DNA of 64,000 nt from Candidatus Amesbacteria bacterium. GTDB taxonomy: Bacteria > Patescibacteriota > Microgenomatia > CAZETR01 > Amesbacteraceae. This document shows, in pieces, positions 20,935 to 34,067 of the stretch (its first letter is position 1; every line of letters starts with the position of its first letter). Location of the stretch: positions 253,259-317,258 of the forward strand of contig DAHXMV010000001.1 of assembly GCA_027371535.1 (NCBI GenBank), given 5' to 3'. The translations under genes were made by a program, and so were the position numbers. Under the pieces are notes generated by a model, which did not search any database, was not told the DNA's origin, and worked only from the letters and a program-made list of their open reading frames with translations.

Positions 20935-22080
20935 ATGAAGCAAAAGTCCAAAAAAGAGCCGGTGGTGATATCCGAGGATAAAGATCTGACCCAGATAACC
21001 AGAGAAGGTGAGGATACCCAGAGTGAGAATAAAAGGGCGGTACCGACGGTCCTCCTAATTACCATTTTAGTGGTAGTTTTTTCGGCAATTCTTGGTATAT
21101 TTATTAGGGCTTCTAAGGTACAAAATAAAAAATACGTATATACTTTATTACCCACCCCGACTCCGGCTCAATTATCGGGGATATTATTGTACTCAGAAGG
21201 AGAAATTAAACTTGTCAGATACGGTTTAACCATTAGTCCGAACGCCAATGATCCGATAAAAGAGAGTGATCTGATAATGAGTAATAAAAACTCGAGGCTT
21301 GTAATTAATTTTGCCGATAAAGCGGAAGTCAGGTTGGGTGAAAATTCAACTTTGCAGGTGAACAAATTAAGACCCGGGAATATTGATTTAAATCTTATAA
21401 ACGGGGATATATTTTTCCGTGTAAACTCAAGTGAAAATCAGCATTTCAGCCTCACTATCAACCAGGTGAACATTAAAACAGTAACAGGAATTTTTATGGC
21501 GGAGAACCTGAAAAATATTTCGGTGAAAGTAATGTCAGGGTCTGTTACCCTGACGGCACCCGGCATTTCTCAAATGGTAATATCAGAAAATCAGATCTGG
21601 AATGACAAAAATCAGTTAAGACAGCTGACTTCAGACGATATTAACAAAGATAAATTCCTGGTCTGGTGCCTGGCAGAAATGGCAACCCCCACTCCCCGGC
21701 CCCAGCCTTTGACCAGTCCGACAACAATACCCACCATTATAGTTCCCACAGCCACACCTACTCCGACTCCCGCCCCCACATCAATTCCCAGCCATGTAAA
21801 TCAAATCTCCCTATCGGTTCAGCAAAGCGGTCTGAAAGCCCTTTTAGACTGGAGCGTGGACGGAACAGCCGTCTATGGATACGAAATTCTCTGGTCAAAC
21901 TCACCGGATCCGACGTATCCGCCAAGAACCGGTGACAATTTTATCTATGAAGCCAATACCGTGGCCAGGCATGAGGAGATTAATATTTACCAGACCGGCC
22001 TGCCATATTATTTCCGGATCTGCGAATATTTAAACGACCAGTGCGGAACGATCTCAAACGAAATAATGGTGCAATACTGA
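20935..22080 (+). CDS. Membrane-anchored FecR-domain protein with PT-rich linker
   Basis: TM, FecR-like FADKAEVRLGENS, PTATPTPTP linker, beta-rich C-terminal domain. Confidence 0.7.
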   Translation: MKQKSKKEPVVISEDKDLTQITREGEDTQSENKRAVPTVLLITILVVVFSAILGIFIRASKVQNKKYVYTLLPTPTPAQLSGILLYSEGEIKLVRYGLTISPNANDPIKESDLIMSNKNSRLVINFADKAEVRLGENSTLQVNKLRPGNIDLNLINGDIFFRVNSSENQHFSLTINQVNIKTVTGIFMAENLKNISVKVMSGSVTLTAPGISQMVISENQIWNDKNQLRQLTSDDINKDKFLVWCLAEMATPTPRPQPLTSPTTIPTIIVPTATPTPTPAPTSIPSHVNQISLSVQQSGLKALLDWSVDGTAVYGYEILWSNSPDPTYPPRTGDNFIYEANTVARHEEINIYQTGLPYYFRICEYLNDQCGTISNEIMVQY

Positions 22081-22440
22081 TAACAAAAATTGTAAGAAAA
22101 CCGGTGGTCCGGCAAAGTTTGGAAAATATAAGATACGGTTATTATTTACGGACAAAGTAAATGATCGGATACCTGGCCAATATTGAAGAAGTAACGCTGG
22201 AAAACTCAAATTATCGGAAAATGCTGTTTTCAGGGAGAAATTGCCAGCTGATCGCCATGTGCCTGAAACCGGGAGAAGAAATGGGCAGGGAGGTCCACGC
22301 CAAATCGGATCAAATATTCTATTTCGAAGACGGTAAGGGCAAAGTGGTGGTAGAGGATGAGGAATATCAGGTCAGGCCGGGAGTGGTAATCCTTATCCCC
22401 CAGCACCGACTTTATAGAAACTTCTTGATATAATTTGTTT

Positions 22441-23040
22441 ATGGAAAATAATGTTACACCGATTGATTCGAGATATATTCCTTTTACCCAACAACCCGCA
22501 TGTTGTGTACCAACCTGTTTCCAGATGGTTATGTACCGTCATAATATTCCACTAATACCTGCGGAAAAAATTGGTTATTATTTAGGTTTAACTGTTCATC
22601 CAGATAGGGCATATTTATTTTACAGTGTAAGAACTTCAATTAATAAACCACCAGCTGGTTATGTTACTAGGATTTATGACCCCGAATATGAACCTAATAT
22701 ATTTTTTAAGAAATTTAATATTCCACTCAACTTTAATAAAATTCCGATAACCAAAGTTAAGTCACCTGAAGATATATTAGGTTACTTAAAAAAAGTTGAA
22801 ACAGTAGATAAAGATGTATTGCTTTGTTTTCACCATGGAACTCTTATTAATGATCCAGATAAAGATTGGGGTCACGTATGCGTTTTTGACAGAATAATTG
22901 ACGGAAAAATAAGAATTATTGATCCAAGTCCAGACTACCCTAAATGGAGGTTGGTTGAAATAAACAAAATGTTTGAAGCTATGGTAAAACATGGTGAACA
23001 AAGGTCTGCAGGATTTTGGGAATTGGAATTAAATCGCTAA
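22441..23040 (+). CDS. C39-like (papain-fold) cysteine peptidase, cassette 1 cargo
   Basis: TQQPACCVPTC, WGHVCV and IIDP give a Q/C/H/D arrangement. ATG lies 6 nt after TGATATAAT. Confidence 0.7.
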   Translation: MENNVTPIDSRYIPFTQQPACCVPTCFQMVMYRHNIPLIPAEKIGYYLGLTVHPDRAYLFYSVRTSINKPPAGYVTRIYDPEYEPNIFFKKFNIPLNFNKIPITKVKSPEDILGYLKKVETVDKDVLLCFHHGTLINDPDKDWGHVCVFDRIIDGKIRIIDPSPDYPKWRLVEINKMFEAMVKHGEQRSAGFWELELNR

Positions 23041-23042
23041 GT

Positions 23043-23073
23043 AATAAGTTCTAACAGCGTCCCAAACACGCAG
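23043..23073 (+). repeat. 31-bp cassette end repeat, copy 1 (AATAAGTTCTAACAGCGTCCCAAACACGCAG)
   Basis: Identical to 23647-23677; contains a GCGT-N7-ACGC mini-hairpin. Confidence 0.95.
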
Positions 23074-23099
23074 CACGATTTTTGTTCTATAATCAATTT

Positions 23100-23651
23100 A
23101 TGAATTTACCCATAAATACAATTAAAGTTGATAATGATTTATATCTTAAAATCTGGGATATCAATTACTCTTCCGAGCTATTTAAATTAACAGACCAAAA
23201 CCGAAAATACTTACAGCCTTGGTTGCCATGGGTACCGAGTGTTAAGTACGAAAATGATTCAATTAAATTTATAACCCGCGTTATCAAAGAGATGAAAAAT
23301 GGCGAAGGTTTGGAATTGGGAATCTGGTATCAAAATAAACTTGTCGGATGTATCGGTTTGCACGGGTTAAGTAAATCAAACCGCAGGGCAAGTATAGGTT
23401 ATTGGCTTAGCAAAGAATATCAAAAAATGGGAATAATTACTCGTTCTGTAAAAGCATTGGTAGATTATTCTTTTAACATTTTAAATCTTAATCGTATTGC
23501 GATAGAGGCTAGTACTGAGAATCTTTCAAGTTGTGCAGTTGCGGAGAGACTAGGTTTTGTTAAAGAAGGTATCGTTCGACAATTTGAATATGTTGATGGA
23601 AAATTTTTGGACTATCAGGTTTATAGTGTACTTAAATTTGATTGGAAATAA
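23100..23651 (+). CDS. RimJ/RimL-type GNAT N-acetyltransferase, cassette 2 cargo
   Basis: NRKYLQPWLPW, IGYWL...QKMGI, N..S.AVAERLGF.KEG. ATG 23100 lies 6 nt after TATAAT. Confidence 0.88.
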   Translation: MNLPINTIKVDNDLYLKIWDINYSSELFKLTDQNRKYLQPWLPWVPSVKYENDSIKFITRVIKEMKNGEGLELGIWYQNKLVGCIGLHGLSKSNRRASIGYWLSKEYQKMGIITRSVKALVDYSFNILNLNRIAIEASTENLSSCAVAERLGFVKEGIVRQFEYVDGKFLDYQVYSVLKFDWK

Positions 23652-23677
23652 GTTCTAACAGCGTCCCAAACACGCAG
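23647..23677 (+). repeat. 31-bp cassette end repeat, copy 2
   Basis: Identical to 23043-23073; includes the GNAT stop codon. Confidence 0.95.
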
Positions 23678-23838
23678 GGGGCGGAACATAATTTATTAAA
23701 TACCTCAAAAAGCCGGGATCTGAAGTTATTTACCTTATTCGCACCGCCGTTTCACCCGGCCGGGACGGAACAGAAAAATAAAACGGATAAGGCTTAACCA
23801 GTGACGGGATATGGCAAATCTGATAAAATTTCCAGGTT

Positions 23839-24537
23839 ATGGAAGATAATTTGAACCCGTTTTATGAAATCAGCGTAAACGGCAATGAACCTGCCTGGTG
23901 TATCGACGGCAGGAAAGAGTCAGGCCGGACAAAAAAAGGCGCCCAAATGCCCGGAGGATCAATATTCCCGATTCTGCTGGCGATTATTGAACAAAACGAA
24001 GATTTCTCCGCGGAGAACATAAACAGATATGCCCAAAAATTATCAAAGAAATTCAAACTGGGGGTTCACAGGGGAGAACACGGCGGTTGCGGATTTGCCA
24101 ATAATCTGATCAGAATCCTGCTAAAAATAACGGAAAAAGAAGAAGAAATAAAAGAGAGATTGAAAGATTTTGAAACAAATTCAGTTTATGAATCGCTGAA
24201 AGGTTATTCTTTATTAAAGGTAAAGGTGACCGGAGAAGAATTGATCAGCGATTTGGAAAAACAAAACGCGGTTGTTATGAATCTGGTCGGTGAACATGAA
24301 GAAAGGGCGGCCTTTGTAAACCTGAAAGACGGGACTACCTTGGACGTTCTGAAAGCCAATGAATCCGGGTCTCCGGCATTCAACCTGGATCTGTGGATGA
24401 TTGTAAAACAAGCCAAAGAATTGGGAGTAAATGAAGATTTTGCCCGAATCGCGTCTTTAATTATATATTTAGCCACGGAAATGGTACTGGTAGAAGATAA
24501 AGGAAAACCGGCATTAGATATAATTGTTCATAAATAA
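23839..24537 (+). CDS. Cadmium/zeta-type carbonic anhydrase-like protein
   Basis: CIDGR, PGG, GVH...GCGF and GEHEE match a Cys/His/Cys metal site. Confidence 0.6.
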   Translation: MEDNLNPFYEISVNGNEPAWCIDGRKESGRTKKGAQMPGGSIFPILLAIIEQNEDFSAENINRYAQKLSKKFKLGVHRGEHGGCGFANNLIRILLKITEKEEEIKERLKDFETNSVYESLKGYSLLKVKVTGEELISDLEKQNAVVMNLVGEHEERAAFVNLKDGTTLDVLKANESGSPAFNLDLWMIVKQAKELGVNEDFARIASLIIYLATEMVLVEDKGKPALDIIVHK

Positions 24538-24540
24538 GAT

Positions 24541-25523
<983 letters not shown>

Positions 25524-25556
25524 TCCCCTTTTAAAGGTACAGACCATCATTATTGT

Positions 25557-26060
25557 ATGGAAACACTAGGAATTAACCCTATACTGCTGATTGCTCAAAT
25601 CATCAGTTTTTTGATATTACTCTTCGTGATGAAGAGATTTCTTTACGGATACATTCAAAAAGCACTTGAAGAAAGAAAAAACAGCATTAAAAAAACATTT
25701 ACCGACCGGGAGGAACTGGAAAAACGACTGACCAATCTGGAAAAAGAGCAGGATATCAAAAGAAAAGAGATGGCTGCCCTGAATAAAAAACTGGAAGCCG
25801 AAGCCAGAAAGGCAGCAGATGAAGTTAAGAAAGAAATTGTGAATAAGGCCGCTTTAGAAGGTGAAAGGGAATTGATAAAAGCCAGGGAACGAATCAACCA
25901 GGAAGTGGATAATGCCAAAAAGGATTTGGCAGGCCAGGCCAAGACCCTGGCTAAAACTATCGTGGAAAGAGTGATCCAGGAACAAATCAGCAACCCCGAC
26001 TGGCAAAAAGCTCAGTTAAATAAAAGTGTAAAAGATTTAGAAAATAATGAAACCGAATAA
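25557..26060 (+). CDS. atpF: ATP synthase subunit b
   Basis: N-terminal TM plus long coiled coil; operon position. Confidence 0.9.
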   Translation: METLGINPILLIAQIISFLILLFVMKRFLYGYIQKALEERKNSIKKTFTDREELEKRLTNLEKEQDIKRKEMAALNKKLEAEARKAADEVKKEIVNKAALEGERELIKARERINQEVDNAKKDLAGQAKTLAKTIVERVIQEQISNPDWQKAQLNKSVKDLENNETE

Positions 26061-26388
26061 AGACCAGACGGTAAAAGATATCGCCCAGGGCATCATGGAT
26101 TATTTAAAAAGCCATAAGGCCAGCGGTTTGGTTTTTGAAATAATTAAACAGCTCAAAGTATTAAGTGCCGAATCCGCCAGGACAGCCCGGGTAGAAACAG
26201 CAATCAATTTAAACGGCATGGAAAAAGAACGGATAGCCGGAATGTTAGCCAAAAAATATCACTGGAAAGAAGAGATTGAATACCTGGTTAACCCGCAGTT
26301 ATTGGGCGGAATCAAAATAACCATCGGCGACAAAGTCCTGGATCTTTCAGTGAAAACGAAATTGGAGGATATATATGAGCAAATCTGA
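26047..26388 (+). CDS. atpH: ATP synthase subunit delta (short form)
   Basis: [22 protein letters not shown], the C-terminal delta motif. Confidence 0.85.
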   Translation: MKPNKDQTVKDIAQGIMDYLKSHKASGLVFEIIKQLKVLSAESARTARVETAINLNGMEKERIAGMLAKKYHWKEEIEYLVNPQLLGGIKITIGDKVLDLSVKTKLEDIYEQI

Positions 26389-27931
26389 TTTGACAATTAA
26401 TCCCGAAGAGCTGGTCCAGGCAATCAAGTCAAGAGTGGAAAAATCGCAAATATCCTCCAGTCTAACCAGTACCGGAAAAGTTCTGTCTGCCGGAGACGGG
26501 GTGGCGGTATTATCAGGTCTGTCAGAAGCATTGATGGGAGAGCTGGTAGAGTTTTCAAAAAATACATTTGGAATGGTTTTAAATTTAAAAGCTGATGAGG
26601 TAAATGCAGTTATATTCGGGGATTATACAAACGTAAAAGAGAGTGACGAGGTTAGGTCTACCGGAAAAATTCTGACAGTGCCTGCCGGTTTTGGACTATT
26701 AGGCCGGGTGGTGGATCCGTTGATGAATCCCATAGACGGTAAGGGGGAAATTAAAAAGTCTATAAACGACCAGGAAATGAATTTGGAAAGTATTGCACCC
26801 GGGGTGATTAAAAGGCAGGATGTGAGAACACCGATGCAAACGGGGATAAAAATAATTGATGCCCTCCTGCCTATCGGCCGTGGCCAACGGGAACTGATTA
26901 TCGGTGACCGGGGAACCGGGAAAACCGCTATCGCAGTGGATGCAATTATCAACCAAGCTAAAATCAACAAGAGTCTTATTAAAGGGGAAAAACGGGTGAT
27001 CTGTATTTATGTGGCCATCGGCCAGAAACAAGCCAAAGTGGCCCAGGTGGTAGGACGGCTGGAGGAATTTGAATCCATGGAAAATACTTTAGTCATATCG
27101 GCAGGTGCTGCCGATTCGGCCAGCCTGCAATATTTAGCTCCCTTTGCAGCGACCGCTGTAGGAGAGTATTTTATGAATCAGGGCGAAGACGTGCTGATAA
27201 TTTACGATGATCTGACAAAACATGCCTGGGCATACAGACAATTATCCTTATTACTGCGCAGACCTTCGGGAAGAGAAGCATATCCGGGGGATATATTTTA
27301 TCTGCATTCAAGGCTGTTGGAAAGATCAGCCAGATTGAACGATAAATTGGGGGGCGGATCGATGACGGCACTACCCATAATCGAAACCCAGGCAGGCGAT
27401 ATTTCGGCTTATATTCCCACAAATGTGATTTCCATTACCGACGGACAAATATACCTGGAACCGGATATTTTTTATTCGGGCATCCGACCGGCAGTGTCAG
27501 TGGGGTTATCCGTTTCCCGGGTCGGGGGTGATGCCCAAATAAAAGCCATGAAACAGGTAGCCGGTAAACTGAAACTGGATCTGGCGCAATACCGGGAACT
27601 GGCAGCATTTGCCCAGTTCGGTCAGGATCTGGATGAATCAACCCAAAAAAGACTGGAACGGGGAAAGGTACTCACGGAACTTTTAAAACAACCACAATAC
27701 TCTCCCCTTCAGGTAGAAGAACAAATCGCTGCCATCTGGCTGGGAATGAACGGTTACCTTGATAACCTGCCCTTATCCGAGATAGACCAGGTAACGAAAA
27801 ATTTTGTCAGGAATTTAGGCAAACTGAAAACCCAACCGCTGGCAAGTATCAGAACGGATAAAAGGATAGAACCAAAAACGGAAGAAATTCTGAAAGCAGA
27901 AGCAGATAAAATTAAACAACTGAACACTTAA
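26375..27931 (+). CDS. atpA: ATP synthase subunit alpha
   Basis: [25 protein letters not shown]. Confidence 0.97.
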   Translation: MSKSDLTINPEELVQAIKSRVEKSQISSSLTSTGKVLSAGDGVAVLSGLSEALMGELVEFSKNTFGMVLNLKADEVNAVIFGDYTNVKESDEVRSTGKILTVPAGFGLLGRVVDPLMNPIDGKGEIKKSINDQEMNLESIAPGVIKRQDVRTPMQTGIKIIDALLPIGRGQRELIIGDRGTGKTAIAVDAIINQAKINKSLIKGEKRVICIYVAIGQKQAKVAQVVGRLEEFESMENTLVISAGAADSASLQYLAPFAATAVGEYFMNQGEDVLIIYDDLTKHAWAYRQLSLLLRRPSGREAYPGDIFYLHSRLLERSARLNDKLGGGSMTALPIIETQAGDISAYIPTNVISITDGQIYLEPDIFYSGIRPAVSVGLSVSRVGGDAQIKAMKQVAGKLKLDLAQYRELAAFAQFGQDLDESTQKRLERGKVLTELLKQPQYSPLQVEEQIAAIWLGMNGYLDNLPLSEIDQVTKNFVRNLGKLKTQPLASIRTDKRIEPKTEEILKAEADKIKQLNT

Positions 27932-27935
27932 CCAT

Positions 27936-30250
<2,315 letters not shown>

Positions 30251-30251
30251 T

Positions 30252-30659
30252 ATGGCTTTTAAACTGGTGGTTATTTCTCCGGTAAAAAATGTTCTTGAAA
30301 CCGAAATTGACAGTGTGACCATACCGACAGTTGACGGGGAGATCACAGTTTTACCAAAACACATGCCGATTTTTTCGATGGTCAAGTCCGGGGAGGTGAC
30401 GGTCAGGACAAAAAACGGGGTCGATTATTTGGCTTGCGGGGGCGGGTTTGTAAATGTCACCGGGGATAAAGTCACATTGCTTTTGGAATACGGAGTCAAT
30501 AGTGAGGAAATCGATGAAGAAAAAGTCCGGGAGGCCAAACGGCGGGCAGAAGAAATTTTGAAAACCCAGGCGGATGAAAAAAGTTCGGCTATGGCTCAGA
30601 CCTCCCTGGCCAGATCGCTGCTGGAACTGAAAGTAGCCCGGAAACGAAAACGGGGTTAG
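30252..30659 (+). CDS. atpC: ATP synthase subunit epsilon
   Basis: GEITVLPKH, GGF, C-terminal helical hairpin. Confidence 0.93.
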   Translation: MAFKLVVISPVKNVLETEIDSVTIPTVDGEITVLPKHMPIFSMVKSGEVTVRTKNGVDYLACGGGFVNVTGDKVTLLLEYGVNSEEIDEEKVREAKRRAEEILKTQADEKSSAMAQTSLARSLLELKVARKRKRG

Positions 30660-31240
30660 ATTATAAACTGAAAGGTAGCGACTAAAACCAGGCTGGTGAC
30701 TGAAGTAGTTACCCAGCCCAAAAAGGCGATCAGAGTCAGGCTGTCAATTATTTTCTCAGCTTCAGCCAAAGACCTGCCCACAGCCACATAACCGGCACTT
30801 TTCGGCCCTGAATACCGTACAACCACCAAAGCCTGTCTGATCCCCTTTTCCGGCTGCCAGGTAACCCGATTTTCACCGTAGGTGAAAGCATAATCCAAAA
30901 TACCCTGGGGCGGATGGGGCTGTTGCCCATGCAAGGTGGCAGAGGAGGTCACTAATTTGCCTGAATTGTCAAACAACAGCACGTAAGGTGCCAGACCGGT
31001 GGAAATTTCCACCGGATTCCGGGAGCGGAAAATTGCAGATGAACCGTTTTCACCCATCTGGAAAGCGATATCGTCTGCCAACTGAACCTGAGGCATATTT
31101 GCAGATAAACGGACATCCTGCTGAACCAACAGGTAGACCAGACCCGAGAGCAATGTGACTGCCGCAGCCAGGGGGATCCAAATTTTAAGGATGTTGAGGA
31201 CTTTTTCGTGGGTGATTCTTTCTTTCAGGCTGGGAGTCAC
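30656..31240 (-). CDS. Two-TM membrane protein with extracytoplasmic Cache-like sensor region and no output domain
   Basis: TM, ~130-aa loop (FDNSGKLVTSS, GYVAVGRSL), TM. Start placed at GTG 31240. Confidence 0.6.
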   Translation of the reverse strand: MTPSLKERITHEKVLNILKIWIPLAAAVTLLSGLVYLLVQQDVRLSANMPQVQLADDIAFQMGENGSSAIFRSRNPVEISTGLAPYVLLFDNSGKLVTSSATLHGQQPHPPQGILDYAFTYGENRVTWQPEKGIRQALVVVRYSGPKSAGYVAVGRSLAEAEKIIDSLTLIAFLGWVTTSVTSLVLVATFQFII

Positions 31241-31241
31241 G

Positions 31242-31496
31242 TTATTTACGCTCGACGGTAATGGAGCATTCGGTGACCAGGGCGGCAATCGCTCCGACGG
31301 CGGCTAAAACCGGAACTAAAACGGTACCGACCACGCCCAATGTCAGGGGAAACTCTACCAGGGACTTACCTTCCTTATCTTTAATGATGATTCTTCTGAT
31401 ATTGCCTTCGTGAACCAGCTCCTTAAACTTTTTAACCAGTTCGTCCCCTTTGACAGTAAAGGTTTCCTGCTTGGCTTGGGATTTGGTTCTCGCCAT
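31242..31496 (-). CDS. DUF4342-like protein
   Basis: ELVHEGNIRRIIIK...PLTLGVVG...ALVTECSITVE pattern. Confidence 0.8.
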   Translation of the reverse strand: MARTKSQAKQETFTVKGDELVKKFKELVHEGNIRRIIIKDKEGKSLVEFPLTLGVVGTVLVPVLAAVGAIAALVTECSITVERK

Positions 31497-31505
31497 AGGG
31501 GCATT

Positions 31506-32057
31506 TTAGCGTATTTTAATCGTCCAGTCACGCAAAGCGGTTAACAGCTCGCGGATTTTGTCCCGGGTTTTGGTATCCACCAGATTTCCCTGATCGTCAA
31601 TTTTGTCTTTTACCTGAGGAATAATCACCTCCGGACGATTTAAAAAATGAAGGTTTAAAGATACTCCCACCTGGCGCAGGTGATAAAGGGCCCGGCTGCC
31701 GCCAAGCATCCCGGGAGAGTAACTGATGATGGCGGCAGGCTTATTATCCCAGGAATTATCGCCAAATGGCCGGGATGCCCAATCAATCGCATTTTTCAAT
31801 ACCCCCGGAACAGAATAATTGTATTCCGGAGTGACAAACAAAATGCCGTCTGACCGGGAAATCGCGGATTTGAAATTTTTGGCCGCCCCCGGCAGGGAAA
31901 GCTCCATATCCTGATTAAAAACCGGCAGATCTTTAAGATCATATATTTCCAAAAGCAGGTCCGGGGATGTTAAATTATTGGCCGCACGCAAAACGGCACC
32001 TCCATAAGAAGCGGTTCTTAGACTGCCGGCGATGCCTAAAATGCGAATCTGGTCCAT
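31506..32057 (-). CDS. NAD(P)H-dependent FMN reductase (ChrR-like)
   Basis: GSLR, TPEYNYSVPGVLKNAIDW. Confidence 0.92.
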   Translation of the reverse strand: MDQIRILGIAGSLRTASYGGAVLRAANNLTSPDLLLEIYDLKDLPVFNQDMELSLPGAAKNFKSAISRSDGILFVTPEYNYSVPGVLKNAIDWASRPFGDNSWDNKPAAIISYSPGMLGGSRALYHLRQVGVSLNLHFLNRPEVIIPQVKDKIDDQGNLVDTKTRDKIRELLTALRDWTIKIR

Positions 32058-32681
32058 TATTACTTATATTATGTCATAAATTAATTTGTCAAGATCTCTT
32101 AATTTTGAGGAACTGTGCCTTTAAAATTTAACCCGTGGTCGTAAATCCGGACTTGGGTAATATGTATGGCGGATTATTAGGTAAAAGTTTAATTAATTTG
32201 ACGGCGGTATAAATGTCGCTGGCGAAAAAATCTGGGTTACCTGCAGCTTTGACAAAACCGTCCATCCTGTCCATACGTAAAATACCTGGAAATTCCTTCC
32301 TGTCGGTGCCGTTGAATTTGACCTGAAAGTTACTCAGAGGTATATATTTCCAAACGGAAAAATTTATGCGGACAGATGCCTGGGAATCGGAAAAAATCGT
32401 ATTCTGCTCACGGATACCTGAAAATCTCAGACCGGCTCCGCCGGTAGAAGGACACGGATTTTCGGTGATTTTGGTACCGGCCACCCGGACAAAGATGAGA
32501 TAATCCCGGAAAAAGGCCGAAATATCCTAACCCGGCACAAACCACCAGGATAAAAATCAGGGGAAATATCGTAAATTGAAGATAAAAACGATCTACCGGA
32601 AATAATTTTGGCCCAATGCAGTCGAAAGGCAATTCCAAATGTATGCACTAAAAGAAAGTTCTGGTATATTAAAATCGATTT

Positions 32682-33824
32682 ATGAATAATAGAAAATCCC
32701 CAAGGGGCTGGTTTCGGAAGCTCAAAATAGTTTTAGCAGCCGGAGTATTAGTCATAACCGGATTAGTGTTATTTATTAAATTTGATACGGCAGGAGCGGC
32801 GCAGTTTACAGATAACGTCCTCAGGCCACTTTTGGGTACCGATGCAGTTATAACCCTGGAAAGGTGGTATTACAACACGGCCGATAAACTAAAGCAGCTA
32901 ACCTATAATTCAAAATCGGATACCGGCTTAAATTTTCTGGACCAGTCCTTTGCAAAGGACGGACCAATCAGCAGCCAGGTCAGTCTGGAACTGACTCGTT
33001 TGACAGTTAACCCGAAATTTAAACCGGAACAAAACGAAGGAGTATGGAATGACCGGCCTCTGAAAATTTTTCCCGGACAGGAAGTGATGGCTTTTACTTA
33101 CATCCGTCCCGATCCGGACCGGCCTTACGCTTATGTAACCATAATCCAGGCGGATATGAAAGTACTGCATTTATCTGCTGTGGCCGGAACCAAACAGCCG
33201 GGCGGCCCGGTGGGCATGTCCGGTCCGGGCGTAGTACCGGAACAGATTAAAAACAGCGGCCGGCTGGTTGCGGCTTTTGACGGCGGATTTCAATACCGGG
33301 ACGGTGAATACGGAATGATCGTGGGTAACACGACCTACCTGCCGCTCAAACCGGATATCGGGACCCTGATCGGATACACAAACGGAGATCTGAAGATTAT
33401 CAAATATAAGGGCCAGAACCTTGGCCCGGGGGTGGAGTTTGTGAGACAAAATTGCCCAATTCTGATTGAAGACGGATTGTCGGCCGTGACTGATGAAAAA
33501 AATAAGAAGCTATGGGGTAGAACACCAAGCTTTGATATTAAAACCTGGCGGTCCGGAATCGGACTGAATAAGAACGGGAATGTCCTTTACGCCGTCGGTA
33601 ACAACCTGACACCCCAAACCTTGGCGGATGCATTGCTGTCGGCCGGAGCGGTAGAGGCGATTCAACTGGATATCAACCCTTACTGGGTGAGATTTAATAT
33701 TTTTGATGATACCGGCAACGGCACCTACCACACTTCGACTTTGATAAATAAAATCCAGGACGGTTCAAAAGAATATCTGAACGGCTATACCAAAGATTTT
33801 TTTTACTTATATAAAAACCCCTAA
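32682..33824 (+). CDS. Membrane-anchored phosphodiester glycosidase-like protein
   Basis: TM; AAFDGGF, TWRSGIG, AIQLDIN. Confidence 0.7.
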   Translation: MNNRKSPRGWFRKLKIVLAAGVLVITGLVLFIKFDTAGAAQFTDNVLRPLLGTDAVITLERWYYNTADKLKQLTYNSKSDTGLNFLDQSFAKDGPISSQVSLELTRLTVNPKFKPEQNEGVWNDRPLKIFPGQEVMAFTYIRPDPDRPYAYVTIIQADMKVLHLSAVAGTKQPGGPVGMSGPGVVPEQIKNSGRLVAAFDGGFQYRDGEYGMIVGNTTYLPLKPDIGTLIGYTNGDLKIIKYKGQNLGPGVEFVRQNCPILIEDGLSAVTDEKNKKLWGRTPSFDIKTWRSGIGLNKNGNVLYAVGNNLTPQTLADALLSAGAVEAIQLDINPYWVRFNIFDDTGNGTYHTSTLINKIQDGSKEYLNGYTKDFFYLYKNP

Positions 33825-34067
33825 TGTAGTTGTGGCTGGCCTTTGGCCCGGGATTAACCGCTTTGCCGGGCAGTCTGTATTTCGGCCGGATAACCGGATT
33901 GTTACCGCCGGTAATTTCGGGTAAAAGTTATTTCCAAAACCGGCTTTCCGGGTCAGACGGGCAGGAACCAAATGCTGAAGGGTGATAAATACTCCGCTAA
34001 CCGCGGCGGCCAGTAGAAAAAACTGACAAGAATTCCGGACATTTTTATAATAATATAAAAATTAACG

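Larger units (their letters stand above)
22404..23677 (+). mobile_element. Two tandem non-autonomous gene cassettes (22404-23073 and 23074-23677) inserted at a CAG
   Basis: CAG at 22401, 23071 and 23675. Each unit is CAC(C)GA..., TATAAT-N6-ATG, ORF, then an identical 31-bp end. Visibly AT-richer than the flanks. Confidence 0.8.
22161..23797 (+). pseudogene. Cupin gene interrupted by a 1274-bp insertion (5' part 22161-22403, 3' part 23678-23797)
   Basis: Joining 22403 to 23678 restores a 120-aa cupin: ...EVHAKSDQIFYF...VILIPQ|GAEHNLLNTSKSRDLKLFTLFAPPFHPAGTEQKNKTDKA*. Confidence 0.9.

Noticed and set aside
20640-21790. Pro/Thr-rich low-complexity repeats
   Set aside because: Ordinary linker-coding sequence in anchored surface proteins, not DNA-level repeat elements.
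23043-23677. 31-bp direct repeats as a CRISPR array
   Set aside because: Only two copies, separated by a whole gene, and no cas genes in the window.
22404-23677. Classical integron cassettes with attC sites
   Set aside because: CTAAC after the stop codon resembles an attC inverse core, but there is no long palindrome, no GTTRRRY junction and no intI. The cassettes also carry their own promoters.
32128-32648. Overlapping short minus-strand ORFs, possibly a frameshifted membrane-protein gene
   Set aside because: No recognisable motif, so a pseudogene cannot be distinguished from non-coding sequence.
33825-34060. Intergenic stretch as an ncRNA or small gene
   Set aside because: No convincing start, motif or stable structure could be supported by eye.
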